From the human T2T-CHM13v2.0 reference genome, Homo sapiens: DNA of 64,000 nt. Shown piece by piece: positions 1-64,000 of the stretch; the stretch's first letter is position 1; each line of letters begins with the position of its first letter. The notes below the pieces were generated by a model. It was not told where the DNA came from, ran no database searches, and worked only from the letters and a program-made list of their open reading frames with translations. The DNA lies in assembly GCF_009914755.1 (NCBI RefSeq), contig NC_060934.1; one strand, given 5' to 3'. The position numbers and the translations under genes were made by a program.

Positions 1-897
1 GGAAAAAAAACTTGTTCCTTTTGCACATCGGGTTTAGTGTTTTTACTTTCCATTACCATCCCAATAAACAGCCCTGTTGCAATGTAGTTGACAAAATGTA
101 CAAATTTAAAATGGTTACAGTGAAAGATACACCATTATAATTAGTGCTATATAACTGAATCCATGGGTTAATGGTTTTACTGAGCTTGTTTTAGTAATAA
201 CTAAGATTTAATGGTCACTTCTAGTAAAATGTTCAAAATACAGTTGTTCAAAACTTTGAATTACATCTTTCCCTTAAATTAGGCAAAAGCATAGAATTAT
301 CTATTATCCTTTTATGGTATTTGCCAGTAGTAGAAAGAAAAAAAGTTTGGGAATCAAACACAAATTGTTGAAATCACTGCTCTGCCACAATAAAAGGCCT
401 CTGGCAGGTTAAACTGAGCTATTGATGACTCACTGTATAGTGGGGATTAATAGTGATTAATTTGGAGAGTTGGAATGAACAGAGTAGATTGAGGAACAAG
501 CCAATTTAGTTGCTACCCAGGATATTAACCTTAACAGGGACTTGAAACATTACTGAATAATCGGGGAAATGTTCTCTGAGCATATTCCCAATGCACAAGA
601 CAATGGCCTTGAGTGGAAAGTTACACTGTTTACTAACAGACCTAGCATGTGAAGCTATAGTCACTTGAAATTCAGCCACAGGTAAGGCATGCTGTAATGG
701 TATTTATTGGGAACAGGTGACTTATTATCTAAATTTATACCTGTCAAGATGTAGATTCAGACACTTGCTAGGGAAAAACCTAAGAGGAAAGAACAATGGG
801 AAAAAGGGGATGGTTTTGACAGCTGATGTATATGTGTGCATGCACGTCTTTAAAAAACACCAACGGCCACCAATAGAAATCCACGCATCTTTTGCTA

Positions 898-1215
898 TGA
901 AGGAAATCAGAACATATCATCCTAAAATTCCTCTTTGACATAAAAATATTTTTGAGCTAAAGGCAGTTAAGAAGCAGCAAACTGAGGAAAGCTCTCGCCA
1001 TCCCCCTGCCTTTCTGCCCAAAGGCAGGATATAACTTCTCCTTTGCTGGAGACAATTCTAGAGTCTTATCTACCAGGGACAGCACCAGAGGAATTGGCAA
1101 AGAAACCTTATTCAATTAGTTTCCTCCCACATACAGTGTTTGCCTTCCCAAAGGTTCCAGTCCTTGGAAGCCTAAAACCACTTTCCTTTGTCCTGTCATT
1201 TCTCTACAAATGTAT
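898..1215 (+). mobile_element. ERV1-class LTR fragment (MER34/MER39-like)
   Basis: Starts TGAAGGAAATCAGAACATATCATCCTAAAA...TTTTGAGCTAAAGGCA; family assigned by recall only. Confidence 0.5.
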
Positions 1216-1221
1216 TGTTCT

Positions 1222-1475
1222 TTGTTGGCCAGGCTGGTCTCAAACTCCGGACTTCGTGATCCACCCGCCTCAGCCTCCCAAAATGCTGGGATTACAGGCG
1301 TGAGCCACCCGGCCAGCTATATACAGTTTGTATTAATAAAAAATAATTTGTGGCTGGGCATAGTGGCTCACGCCTTTATTTCCAGCACTTTGGACAGCCA
1401 AGGTGGGATGATTGCTTGAGGCCAGGAGTTAGAGACTACCCTGGCCAACATAGCAAGACCCTGTCTCTATCTAAA
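1222..1475. mobile_element. Alu left-arm fragments (1222-1313 -, 1352-1475 +)
   Basis: Alu consensus segments. Confidence 0.85.
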
Positions 1476-1483
1476 TTTTTTAA

Positions 1484-1788
1484 AAACCGTCATTCTCAGC
1501 AAACTATCGCAAGGATAAAAAACCAAACACCGCATGTTCTCACTCATAGGTGGGAATTGAACAATGAAAACACTTGGACACATGAAGGGGAACATCACAC
1601 ACAGGGCCTGTTGTGGGGTGGGAGGGGGGAGGGATAGCATTAGGAGATATACCTAATGTAAATGACGAGTTAATGGGTGCAGCACACCAACATGGCACAT
1701 GTATACATATGTAACAAACCTGCACGTTGTGCACATGTACCCTAGAACTTAAAGTATAATAAAAATATATATATATGTATAAATAAAC
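1484..1788 (+). mobile_element. L1PA 3' end (5'-truncated LINE-1)
   Basis: CATTCTCAGCAAACTATCGCAAGG...G-rich tract...CCTAGAACTTAAAGTATAATAAAAA. Confidence 0.93.
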
Positions 1789-1964
1789 TTTTGTTTTCAC
1801 AACGGCATAATGTTTATTGGATGAATTTAGAAAAAGAGTAAAAAGAAAAAATAAGTTGGTATCTGTTAAAGGAAAATGTTTTATTCTTACATGAAAAATG
1901 CAAAATAATAGATGTGACTTGTTTTCCTTTGGAGCTCCAAAATAAAAATATCAGTAAACACTTA

Positions 1965-2285
<321 letters not shown>

Positions 2286-2799
2286 TTATTTAAAAATGTT
2301 TTGTCCCACCCCCATTAAATGTTGTTAAACAAATCCAGAAATTATGTTTGAAGAATGTCCTGTTTATCTTGGCCCACCTATGTTAGAACTAAGTAAGATG
2401 AAGTACATAGCAAACATAAAAGGTGTTTAATAAAATGATAATTATTTGAACCCTAAGTACCCTACTGCCTCCTGGAATATGTACTTTAATTTTGGGTTCG
2501 GGAAGTGGTAACTATATAAAGCCTTACTATTATGCTCCAAAACATCTTGAAGGACATTCGGGTCTAATTCCTCTATTTGCTACAAAGAACTGTCTTATTT
2601 TTAGCCATTTATAAAAATGCTGAGAGTCCAGAATATAGTACAAATATTTACTGTTTACACCAGGTCTTTCAATTAATACCAAGCCAACCATGGATGAGTC
2701 ATTCTTTTAACTGTGTGGAAAGTGTATTGTACGGGACAACATTTGAAGGAAGGAGACTGAATAAAAGGCTTCTGCACCAGCCCACCTGGATTCAAGACA

Positions 2800-3020
2800 T
2801 ATTTTAGAGGTAGGAGCAACAGGACTTTACTGATATATGGGATGAGACAGGTGAGAGAATGGAAGAGCCACATTTGACACCTAACTTCTGGCTTGAGCAG
2901 TTGGGTGGATTGTGGTGCTGCACCCTGAACTGGAATGAGGGACAGGATGGGTAGACATACTAAGTTTGAGATGTCTGTGAGACACCCAAATAAAGAATTC
3001 AAGAAATCAGTTGGACACCT
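2800..3020 (+). mobile_element. L2 fragment
   Basis: GAGCAGTTGGGTGGAT...AAGTTTGAGATGTCTGTGAGACACCCAAAT; strand approximate. Confidence 0.5.
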
Positions 3021-3069
3021 CCAAATAAAAATGGTATGTCTGCAAATTCTTTTACACTCTTCCTTCAAC

Positions 3070-3595
3070 AGGTGAATGAATAAACAGAGGCACATCTATA
3101 TAATGGGCTATTACTCAGCGCTAAGAAGAAATGAACTACAATGAAAAGACACAGATGAATCTTAAGTGCATATTACTAACTGGAAGAAGCCAGTCTGACA
3201 AGGCGACACACCGTATGATTCCAAATATATGACACTGTAGAAAAGGCACAACTATAGAGACAGTAAAAGGATCTGTGGTTGCCAGAAGTTAGGAGGGAAG
3301 GATGACAAGGTGGAGCACAGAGGATTTTTTAGGGCAGTGAAACTACTCTGTATGATATAATGGTGGATACATATTTTAAATTTGTCAAAACTCATAGGAT
3401 GTACACTAAGAGTGAGCCCCATGGTAATGATATGTCCATGTTGGTTCATCAGATGAAACAAATGTACCACTCCACCAGATGTTGACGGTGGAAGAGGTTG
3501 TGCAGGTGGGGCGGGGGGAGAGGAGGGTAGAATATGGGAGCTCTACTTTCCACTTGATATTGTTGTAAACCTAAAACAGTTCTAAAAAAGTCTAT
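3070..3595 (+). mobile_element. Old L1M (L1MC/ME-like) 3' fragment
   Basis: GAAGAAGCCAGTCTGACAAGGC...TATGATTCCA...GTGGTTGCCAG...TGTAAACCTAAAAC. Confidence 0.7.
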
Positions 3596-3895
<300 letters not shown>

Positions 3896-3899
3896 AACA

Positions 3900-4240
3900 A
3901 TAAAGTCTATAAATAACCTAACAACGCATCTTAACTAGGAAAGCAAAAACAAACCCAAAATTAGTAGAAGAAATAATAAGATACAGCAGAAACAAATGAA
4001 ACTGAAACTCCCCAAAATACAAAAGATTTTTAAAAATGAACTTGGTTTACTTTGAAAACAAAATCAACAAACCTTTAGCCAGACTAAGAAAAAGGAATAC
4101 CCAAGTAAATAAAATCAAAGATGGAAAAGGAGACAGGACAACTGATACCGCAGAAATATGAAGAATCATCAGAGACTACTGGGAATAAATATATGCCAAA
4201 AAACTGGAAAACCTACAAGAAATGGATACATTCCTTGACA
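3900..4240 (+). mobile_element. L1 ORF2 fragment
   Basis: AAATCAACAAACCTTTAGCCAGACTAAG...AAACTGGAAAACCTACAAGAAATGGATACATTCCTTGAC. Confidence 0.8.
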
Positions 4241-4682
4241 CTTTTTTTTAAGTCTACATCCAAAGTAGGGATTGTGAAAAAAAAAATTTATAATAATGAA
4301 AAAAAAAGTCTACTGGGGGCTGGAGATGGGGTGGCTTAAACACTCTCTCTCTCCTAGTTCCATGAAATAAATCCCAGAGAGTAACTGACTGCTGGTTCTA
4401 TGCCCATCACTGTGATGTCACTGTGGTCAGGAGAATGGGATATAAGCTGACCAGGCTGAGTCACATGTCCATTACTGTGAGTCACGATGGGGCAGCAATG
4501 GGCATAGCTGGGTGTTCCATTTAGCAGCCTCACCAGAATCACTGGATTCTCGTGGAGGAGGAAGAGCGCTCCAAGGGAAGAGGGGAGGGGACAGAAGAGA
4601 GGGGAAAGGGTGACCAGTAAAATTTAAAAAATAACTGATACTCCCTTGCCTGATTTTATGTAGGTATAAAAAGTTCTCTTCA

Positions 4683-4977
4683 GGCTTGGCACAGTGGCTC
4701 ACAGCAGTAATCCCAGCACTTTGGGAGGCCAAGGCGGGTGGATCACGAGGTCAGGAGTTCAAGACCAGCCTGGCCAATATGGTGACACCCTGTCTGTACT
4801 AAAAATACAAAAATTAGCCGGGCGTGGTGGCGGGCGCCTGTAATCCCAGCTACTCAGGAAGCTGAGGCAGAGAATTGCTTGAACCCAGGAGATGGAGGTT
4901 GCAGTGAGACGAGATCACACCACTGCACTCCAGCCTGCTGGGTGACAGAGTGAGACTCCGTTTCAAAAAAAAAAAAA
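4683..4977 (+). mobile_element. AluS with TSD aaaagttctcttca
   Basis: Full dimer, TSD on both sides. Confidence 0.95.
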
Positions 4978-5028
4978 GTTCTCTTCAACACATGTTAAAG
5001 AATTGAAACAAGGGAGGAAATTTCTCTA

Positions 5029-5494
<466 letters not shown>

Positions 5495-5519
5495 TAAATA
5501 ATTTTGTATACAAAAATAT

Positions 5520-5890
5520 AACTATGAGAGCCAGTTCTTGCCAATGAGATGTGAGGAGTCTCCTGTGTGGGACTTTCAAGAAAGTTACTGTTTCCTGATC
5601 AGATGGAAAAATACAACTGTTAATTGCTTTCTGCGCTTCACTCTGTGCCTGCCTATAATGTAGACATTAGATCTAAATGTACTTCACTATCTTGCAAGCA
5701 TGAAGATAAAAGCTACACACTAAAGATGGGAGAAAGAAAGACAGGAGGAGCCTGTCTACCTAATGGCATTGTGGAAGCACCTTCCCGGCCCTGGACTTCT
5801 ATCTCCAGACTTATATCGAAGGAAAAGACCCAGTTACTTGGTCAAGCCACCACAGCTGGGTTTCTATTACATGAAGCAGAATAATGATAC
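5520..5890 (+). mobile_element. ERVL LTR fragment (LTR16/LTR33-like)
   Basis: CCAGTTCTTGCCAATGAGATGTGAG...CCCTGGACTTCTATCTCCAGACTT...; family by recall. Confidence 0.5.
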
Positions 5891-5962
5891 CTTAAATGAT
5901 ACATCACTTTTATTACTCTGTAGAAGTTACAAGTCATAGATGGGTATTAAAAACAAAACCCA

Positions 5963-7083
<1,121 letters not shown>

Positions 7084-7229
7084 TTATCAAATTGTGTGGA
7101 ATAGCATGGCTTTATTTTGAGAGTCATAATTACTTTATGTGCGACTACTACTTACTCTCATTGAATTCTTACCTAATCAATGGGCTAATAGTAACAAGTA
7201 ATAAAAGCCATATCATTTCTCATTAACCT

Positions 7230-7235
7230 TTTATT
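7230..7235 (-). terminator. Polyadenylation signal AATAAA (distal ACBD5)
   Basis: tttatt on + strand at the end of the AT-rich UTR. Confidence 0.7.
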
Positions 7236-7919
7236 TTTAACTTAGTTTTACAATAAACAGAAAAGAAGTTATCATTAAAAAAATACCATAGCTGTCAAGT
7301 TTAAATGAGGTTCTTATTAAACAAAGCAGGAACACTATATCCTATAATTACATCTTTACTTTTATATACAAGAACTGTGTGCAAAGTGCTTTTCAAACTA
7401 TAAAATAAGACTTTGGAACAGGATAGAAATGGTTATCCCTAGGAGTTAGTTATCCCAGACTGCTTGTAATGATTCACAACTGCTTACACTCTTAATTTGC
7501 ATTTTATTTATTTATATACTAAGAGAAAAGACACTTTTTACTGATACCAAATTGATATCTCATTTTTGAAAATAATCTTTGATCCACAGGTCTAAATGTT
7601 ATTTTTACATATAAATTCAGTTGCTTGCTTCACTTTTTCCTAAATAAATAGGGAACACTTTTTTAAAAGCAAATAGTAGTAGATCCCTTTAGACAGACAT
7701 ATTTTAATCAGTATGGGATTAAATAATTAAAGTTATTTGAAAGAAAAAAATAAGGAAAAAGAGTTTGGGAAAAGTAAATTGTATTCTTATACTTTTCAGG
7801 CAAACAAAGAACCATCCTGTATACTAAAGACAGATTATTTCTTATTTAAAACACTGTGAACATATGATGTTAAACCCAACATCATACATCTTGAGAATGC
7901 TTAAAAATTATTTGCTACA

Positions 7920-8209
7920 GGCCAGGTGCAGTGGCTCACGCCTCTAATCCCAGCACTTTGGGAGGCCGAGGCAGGCAGATCACCTGAGGTTGGGAGTTTG
8001 AGATCAGCCTTACCAACATGGAGAAACCCCGTCTCTACTAAAAATACAAAATTAGCCAGGCATGGTGGTGCATGCCTGTAATCCCAGCTACTTGGGAGTG
8101 AGGCAGGAGAATCACTTGAACCCAGGAGGTGGAAGTTGCAGTGAGCCAAGATCACGCCATTGCCCTCCAGCCTGGGCAACAAGAGAGAAACTCCATTTAA
8201 AAAAAAAAA
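7920..8209 (+). mobile_element. AluS in ACBD5 3' UTR (antisense to mRNA)
   Basis: Full dimer, TSD aaaaattatttg(c/t)taca. Confidence 0.95.
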
Positions 8210-9426
8210 TTATTTGTTACAAAGACTGCATCAAAGAAATCTTCAAAGCACAAGGTACATCTAAGTGAGCAGGAAGTTTTGGAAGGCATACAGGAAAAGT
8301 CTCCAAGGATCTAAATTGTAGTCTTCTTTTTGGTCTAGATGAGAGAGGTGGGGAAGAGGGACTTAAATTTCTGTTAGCTGGGCATGCCTTATTCCTATGG
8401 AAGCATTTGGCCCGTTAGCTTGCAAATCCCTCCAGTACTCCTGTGAAGTAGGTGTATCTAAAATAGTATACCCCGAAGGAAAAACTGAGGCACTAAGAGG
8501 TTAAGAGTCCAGTCTATATAGTTCATCAGTTGCAGAAAAGTGATTTTCGTGTTTCCTTTTTGACTGTTGTAAAAACAGTATAAATAAGTTTTCATTTTAT
8601 ATTTCAAAGCACCCTATGAAGCAGACACTAGATATCCTCAGTTAAACAAAAATGATTACAAAGGAATACATTTATATGATTGAATAAAAACCTGATTAAT
8701 CATCTACAGGCTCAGAATACACTTTTAAACCTACATGAAGCTCATTCTTCACCATTTCCATCAGTGGGTTATGTCTAGCCTGCAAATCATTTGTAAAAAC
8801 TCAGTCTGGTACATAGGACTCCACTTTTTAATAATGATGCCTGAACACCAAACTCAAGAGTTGTGAATGCCCAAGAAAGATTATGGGCAGCCCACAAAGT
8901 GAATATGACCATTCTTCCTGTGGTTTTCTACTACATGCCATGGCAACTCCGTGACTAAGATATAAAGTCGATTACATCTCATTTGAAATTCACTCCTGGT
9001 TTGCATTCTTTCTTTTATTTAATTTAGAAAATTAAAAATAATAACTTATAAATTTGATCTCATTATCACAATGGTACCTTTGAAAAGCAGCTTATGTTAC
9101 TCTATGGAAGATAATCAGGTAAACATGTTACCAAATGATCATTAATAATTTAATGTCCTTCAAGTTCAAGGGCAGGGTAAATCTGTGTATACTACTTATA
9201 ACCTAGTAGAGATTGATTATTCAAGTATCAGCAATATTAGTCCTTAAAATGTTATCGTTTGTGTAGTGCAAAATATATATGTGTATATATGTACACAAAC
9301 TAAACTACTGGACAACAAAAAGCAATGTAATCATCACAAACTAAGATTTTCTTGTGAACACCACAATCCAGTTCATTCTGAGGTCATCCAGTTCCAGTAG
9401 TCTTCTTGAGGAAAACACCATTTTCC

Positions 9427-52705
<43,279 letters not shown>

Positions 52706-53602
52706 GTCTAGCAGAAGACAGAGGGGGTCCGGGCATCGGTGGCCGCGGAGCCGCTCTCCCACCCTGGGGACCCTGGCGGAGCAGCCACACCCCCCATTCC
52801 GCCGGAGTCCGTCTGTCAGTCCGTGCCCTCCCCACAGCCCCGCCCCAGAGTCACCGGAGGACCCACTGGCGCCGCCGCCGCCGCAGCAGCAGTGCAGCAA
52901 ACCCCACCCACCCGACCCGCCGCCGCGGCAAGGACGCGCGCGGTCCGTCTGTCCCCAGAGGAGGGTCCGGGAAGCGGGGAAAGGGGGCCACAGTCCCGGC
53001 TTGGTGCGGGGAGCACACTGTGCGCGCTTTTGTTCAGAAGGGGGAAACCGAGGCCGGACCGATGTGTCCGCTCTGGCAGCCGGGTGGACGAAGTGCGCGC
53101 TGGGGATGCGCGGTTGGGTTCTGCACCTGGGCCCAAAGCTGCACGCGACGGCACCGCTGGGCAACAAAAATGACTCTGCGGTCCCCAGCGCCTGCACTCT
53201 CCTAAGTTAAGGTTTGAGGAAGTTAAATGGGGCCTAAGCAAAGGGCTTTAAGTCGGGACAGGTTCTGTGAGAAACTCCAGTTCTGCCATTTAAATTATGT
53301 GACCTAGGGCAAGTCACTTAGCCTTTCCAGTGGCAATCGTGACACCCACTCTAAAGGGTAGATGGAGAAAAGCATTGGGGACCTTGGATGGAGGTGCTCA
53401 GCAGTCCCTGGCCCGCAGGTCTTCGACAGTTTTCGCTGCCCTGAGCCAAGAACGTCCGAGGAGCAGCCGAAGGAGAGAGGAGGTCGCCGGCTCCTAAACT
53501 GGGCTGGGACGGAGGGCAACTTCCCCTACACTACCCTTTCCACCCAGCCCCAGGGAGCCAGGCACCTCCAGCGGGATTTAATAGGAGACTGGGCATGGGG
53601 AC

Positions 53603-53750
53603 GGCCGGGCACAGTGGCTCACGCCTGTAATCTCGATACTTTGAGAGGTCGAGTGGGGAGGATTGCTTGAGGCCAGGAGTTCAAGACGAGCCTGGCAACA
53701 TGGCGATACCCTGGCTCTATTTAAGAAACCAATAATTAAAAAAAAAATAA
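53603..53750 (+). mobile_element. FLAM/left Alu monomer between the two CpG-rich promoters
   Basis: Single monomer with A-rich tail. Confidence 0.88.
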
Positions 53751-53764
53751 AAATAGGATACTGG

Positions 53765-54400
53765 GCGTAGAGGGCGGGGCCAATGAGGAGTCTTTACGGG
53801 TCGTCAACCCTAGAAAGGGGGTGCCCTGGGCCTTCAACTTACTAGCGCAACCCCCTGCGTCCTTAGGCATTTGGGAAGTGCCCCAGGCCGAACGTTGGTG
53901 GTGGGACTGACTAGGTTGTGGGGGGTGGAGTCCTGTAGCCCGGAAATCCCAAAGTCTCCCGGATGGAAGAGTCGTTTTTGTCAGTTAGGGGGATGGGTTA
54001 GGAGGGTTACTAGGAAAAATCTAGGCGCAGATCGTAAGTTACTCTTCCCTCTGAGCCGCGGCGCCGGCATTTACCTTGGTATTGCCGGACAAGGCCTGTC
54101 CGGTAATGTCCCCGACGCCCGCCCCTCGCCCTGCCCCGCGGGCTTATGGGAAATGTAGTCCGCCGTTCCGCCGCGCTTCCGGACACCTCCCAGCGGCGTC
54201 CGGCGTTCCTGCTAGCTCTTCCGGTTAGGCGTCTCTGTCCCGCGGACGCCGCAGCCGTGCGGCGGAATCCCTCCTTCCTAGCCGGTTGCATTTCGTGCCT
54301 CTTTGAAATGCCACATTCGCTTCCAGCTTAAGTGTCTTGAGACTGTCGCGGTGTCTGCAGCTGCGGCTTCTCCAGCGCCCTCCGGAGGCTTTGCTTCGGG
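53765..54400. promoter_or_regulatory. Second CpG-rich promoter (GC box + CCAAT 53772-53784; ZNF143-type motif 54141-54160; ETS CCGGAAG at 54176-54182 and 54218-54224)
   Basis: Motifs read directly: GGGCGGGGCCAAT; minus strand GACTACATTTCCCATAAGCC; CTTCCGG x2. Confidence 0.8.
54075..54140 (-). other. ACBD5: Candidate alternative non-coding first exon of ACBD5
   Basis: Strong donor CAAG|GTAAAT at 54075/54074 just downstream of the ZNF143/ETS cluster; 5' end approximate. Confidence 0.6.
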
Positions 54401-55111
54401 TTTGTCTAATACAACACAGGGGGAAATCATTTGATCGTGGACGTTTCACGTTTCTTTGTCTTCAAAAATGAAGAGGACATTTTGTAAAATTATCACACAA
54501 AGATGAGAAATAGATTAGAGAACCAACTTTGGGTTGTAAATACTAAAGAATTCCAAATGGTAATGTATGAATGGCTAAAAAGCAGTGACACTTATCTAAC
54601 GCGTTATTACTTTATTCCATAAAAGGAACAAACCTAAATTGAAGGAATATTCATTTCCCCCTTATTGGATTTAATAGAACCCTTTTCATTTTTAATGGGA
54701 AATAATCAATGTGACCTATAGATGTTTCAATTTTTTTTTTAAATAAATAAACCTCCTCTTTAGGGTGATTTCTGGTGGGATTGAGGAAAATGAACGGGTT
54801 TAGGGTTATCTTGGCCCAAAGTCTATCTTGGATTTGCCGCTAGTTCACTGTGTGACTGCGTCAGGAAACAAGCTCTGAAAAATTTCGTTTTCTCCAATAA
54901 AGTATGTGAAATTACCTAGCATGTAGTAGCCTTCAAGATTTTTGTATTTCCTCTTTTTTGATACTTAGCTGAGCAATAAATATTGGACAGCAGCACCAGG
55001 GAAGAATCTGAATCAGGCAGGGAGGATGAGCACTGCCCAGGAGGAAAAAGCGAAAAGGAAAGTGTGCTGAGCAGGTGCCTTGGCGGGGGAGAGAGGAAAA
55101 GGAAATGACTT

Positions 55112-55152
55112 CACACACACACACACACACACGCGCACACACACACAGAGAG
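55112..55152. repeat. Interrupted (CA)n/(GA)n microsatellite
   Basis: Direct reading. Confidence 0.92.
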
Positions 55153-57118
55153 AATGAAGTTTCTTTCTGTCTCTTAAGTGATGTGTGAGTGGATGGACAG
55201 ATTGCCCTCAGCTTTAAGGGCAGTTCAGGATGATCTGTCTTAAGATCGATGCTCTGTGGAATGAGAAAAATGCGCTCTGCAGGGCATGCCCACTGCATGT
55301 GCTGGGAGGCTCTCCTACATCCAATGGGCAGATGCGCAGTCTCCACGGAGGCCTCAGGCCTCGGTGTGAGCCAGGGCTGCTTCAAACATGTCGGCTATCT
55401 AAAGTAAGTCCCAGCAGGGGTCATTTATTTAAGGACCGTGGTGCTTTCCATGGCTGATTTGCTGGTAAATGACAGGTGTGAGTGTAGTGAACATGTCTTG
55501 CCTCCACCCACTTCACCCACCATCCTGTGCATCATGGAAACCTGTCTCGATGATCAGCAGCCATGTGTGGTGGGGTGGAAAGGACAGTCTCCAGAGACAG
55601 AATCCTGGGACCATCCCTGACTTTGCAACTTACTAGCTTTCTTGCCACACTATTTAGTTTTTTCAAGCTGTAATTTCCTTAAAATGGGGAATATGATCAA
55701 TCTCTATCCCACAGAAAATTTGGAGCACATGAGTTCATTCAAGTAAAGTATACCATTAGCAGGCCATAACACAGGCACGAAGAAGGAAATACAATAATTT
55801 GTGCGTGTGTGTGGTGGGTTAAGTGTCACATCTTCATAAAATTCAACCCTACCCCCATTTCAGTCACTTGTCAGAGAGGAAAGCCAAGAAGCCAATTCCA
55901 AGAGTTTAGTGTGACATCAGTGTCTAGGTCATCTAAATCTGGCCATCTTTCTGCCATACCTATCTAAGTCCTGTGGCAATTAACACAGTAGAGCTATATT
56001 TGCATAAGTAACTTTATAGTCTCTGTGTATATGCTGAGCAGAGCTGATTCATTTTACAATCATTTGCACTTGTCATAGAGCTCCTTCAATACTACTACCC
56101 AAACATGTTGGACAAAGAAAAGAAGATAGACACTTTTGTTTTGTTGCTTGTTTTCTACTGATTTTGTAATACTGTATTTTCAACTTCTTAGCGACATTGG
56201 CCCCATGTTAAAGGCCTATGTCACACAGCCTGTTGTGAATAAGAAGTTTTTTTTAACAGTTGCCCTTGCAATAATAAACTTCTATTTGCATTGAAAGCAA
56301 TGTTATTGCCCTTTCCATATAAAATTGTACTCATAGATCATTTTAAAGTAACACATTTTTTTTTCTTAAAGAGATGAAATTGGAAAATAAAGTGGTAATA
56401 GTGTGTTTAATTTGTAAGTAAACCCTAGGAACACAATTCATTTTACTTTGTTATTATCACAAAACAGTAAAAATTTATCTTGTTTTTAACAGATTCCGAT
56501 TATTAACAAATCCGATTTGTATCCTATTTATGTATTTGTCACATACGTGAAAGTCGTCTTTTTCTTCTTGCTAGAGACCTAAACTGTGATGATCAAATTG
56601 AACAGTATAAACAAGCAATTAGATGATTAATTTGCTACAACCTACTCCGAAATATGAGACATTTTATCCACTTATGTATATTCAAGGCCAAGGTTATCAA
56701 TAAAATACAGGCAGAAGTTATGCCGAATGAAAAATAAGACATACACCTGTGTAATCGTCAAGTCTGTTTTTTTCTTATTTTCTCACATCATTCAAGTCAT
56801 CAAAATTTTATTGCTTATTACATGACAAGAAATACAATGTTAGACATGAAATGAATAAAGAAAATTCTCTATCAAGAAATTTACAATGTGGAGAAAAAGA
56901 TGCAGTAATATAACATTATAATACAATATAATCCAATGCATATCATATACTGCAATGAATTCTATGAAAGATTTGTTAACAAAGTGCTTGGGGAAAACAG
57001 AGGAGGTATAGTGACTCCTGATCCTGGCTTCTGGAGAAGACCAGAAAATATTAGAGAGGATGAAGCATATTTACTGACCTTGAGGAACAAGGAGGATACA
57101 TTCTGTGGGAAAGAGGTG

Positions 57119-57281
57119 GGCTGGGCACAGTGACTCACATGTGTAATCTGAGCACTTTGGGAGGCCAAGGCAGGAGGATCACTTGCACCCAGGAGTTTGA
57201 GGCTACAGTGAGTTATGATCACACCACTGCACTCCAGCCTGGCCAGTAGAGCAAGGCCCTGTCATTACCAAAAAAAAAAAA
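57119..57281 (+). mobile_element. Internally deleted AluJ
   Basis: Left-arm start joined to right-arm end. Confidence 0.85.
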
Positions 57282-57862
57282 GTTGGGCATTCCACATAGA
57301 CCACATGCAAAGGCAGAGGAGGAACAGAGTTTTGGGAGATAAAGAGGATTTGGAAGGAACATAGAATGTATGACAAAAATTAGTGAGATGAGAATTTGGA
57401 ACAAAACTTGGAGGCACCTTGTCAGAAATTCAGACGTTATCATGGAGGCTTTAGAGAGCCATTACCTAAATTTGAACAGGGCTGTGGTGATACTTTTTTC
57501 TAAAAAAAACAACACAACAAAATTGAGAGCACTTGGGAGGAAGAATTTGGAAATGGCAGAATCACCATAAAGGTGGAAAATATTTACTTTTGACTAAATT
57601 GCTAAATTGAGGCATGTTAAATAGAGAATTCATGAGTGTGTTTTTAAAAGAGCCTAAGCTTCTTGAATTATTATTCACTTTAGTTAGAATCACTGCAGTT
57701 CTATGCATAAAATTAAGACAAAAAGACAAAACAGATACATTGAAAGTTAAGAAAACTGAACAAGTAGATTAGTCTATTCTTCCAGTGTCTTGTGGACTTC
57801 TCAGGATGATAAAGAAATTCTACTATGTCACTGTTAGTGCACAATATATAATATACTAATGA

Positions 57863-64000
<6,138 letters not shown>

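Larger units (their letters stand above)
7212..9426 (-). other. ACBD5: ACBD5 3' UTR (~2.2 kb, AT-rich, contains one Alu)
   Basis: Follows the stop codon; ends near AATAAA at 7230-7235; exact cleavage site inferred. Confidence 0.75.

Noticed and set aside
1-860. Possible 3' end of the convergent neighbour (MASTL by recall): AATAAA at 63-68 and plus-strand donor CAG|GTAAGG near 682
   Set aside because: No coding sequence in the window to anchor it; isolated motifs are insufficient.
52869-52892. (GCC)4(GCA)3 repeat as an expansion locus
   Set aside because: Too short to be notable without polymorphism data.
54916-55050. Possible further upstream ACBD5 exon (minus donor TAG|GTAATT at 54916)
   Set aside because: Only a donor motif; no supporting start or acceptor visible.

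Overview
Primate (human-like) genomic DNA, very Alu-dense over about 1-53.7 kb. It is recognisable as the 10p12.1 ACBD5 locus. The complete ACBD5 gene (peroxisomal tail-anchored acyl-CoA-binding protein, VAP/FFAT tether) lies on the minus strand. I reconstructed 13 coding exons with canonical GT-AG junctions, giving 1578 nt = 525 aa + stop (ATG 52705, TGA 9427-9429). There is also a 33-nt cassette exon, alternative starts, a ~2.2-kb 3' UTR and two CpG-rich promoter segments. The last ~6 kb is an intronless, multiply disabled LRRC37 retrocopy (LRRC37A6P) on the same strand. Also present: two 3'-truncated U2 retrocopies, a U7 retrocopy, a MER41A solo LTR, MER30, L1/L2 fragments, about 75 Alu segments and microsatellites. 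Almost all ORFs in the supplied track are Alu/L1 artefacts. I see no convincing wholly new system. The most interesting signals are: (1) a stacked U2+U7+Alu insertion cluster in intron 3; (2) a templated-insertion repair scar inside an Alu; (3) an LRRC37 retrocopy that appears to preserve ancestral segments, whose first nonsense mutation creates a splice donor in phase with ACBD5 exon 4; (4) a predicted NMD-immune, anchor-less ACBD5 isoform. Repeat boundaries and subfamily calls are by eye and approximate.
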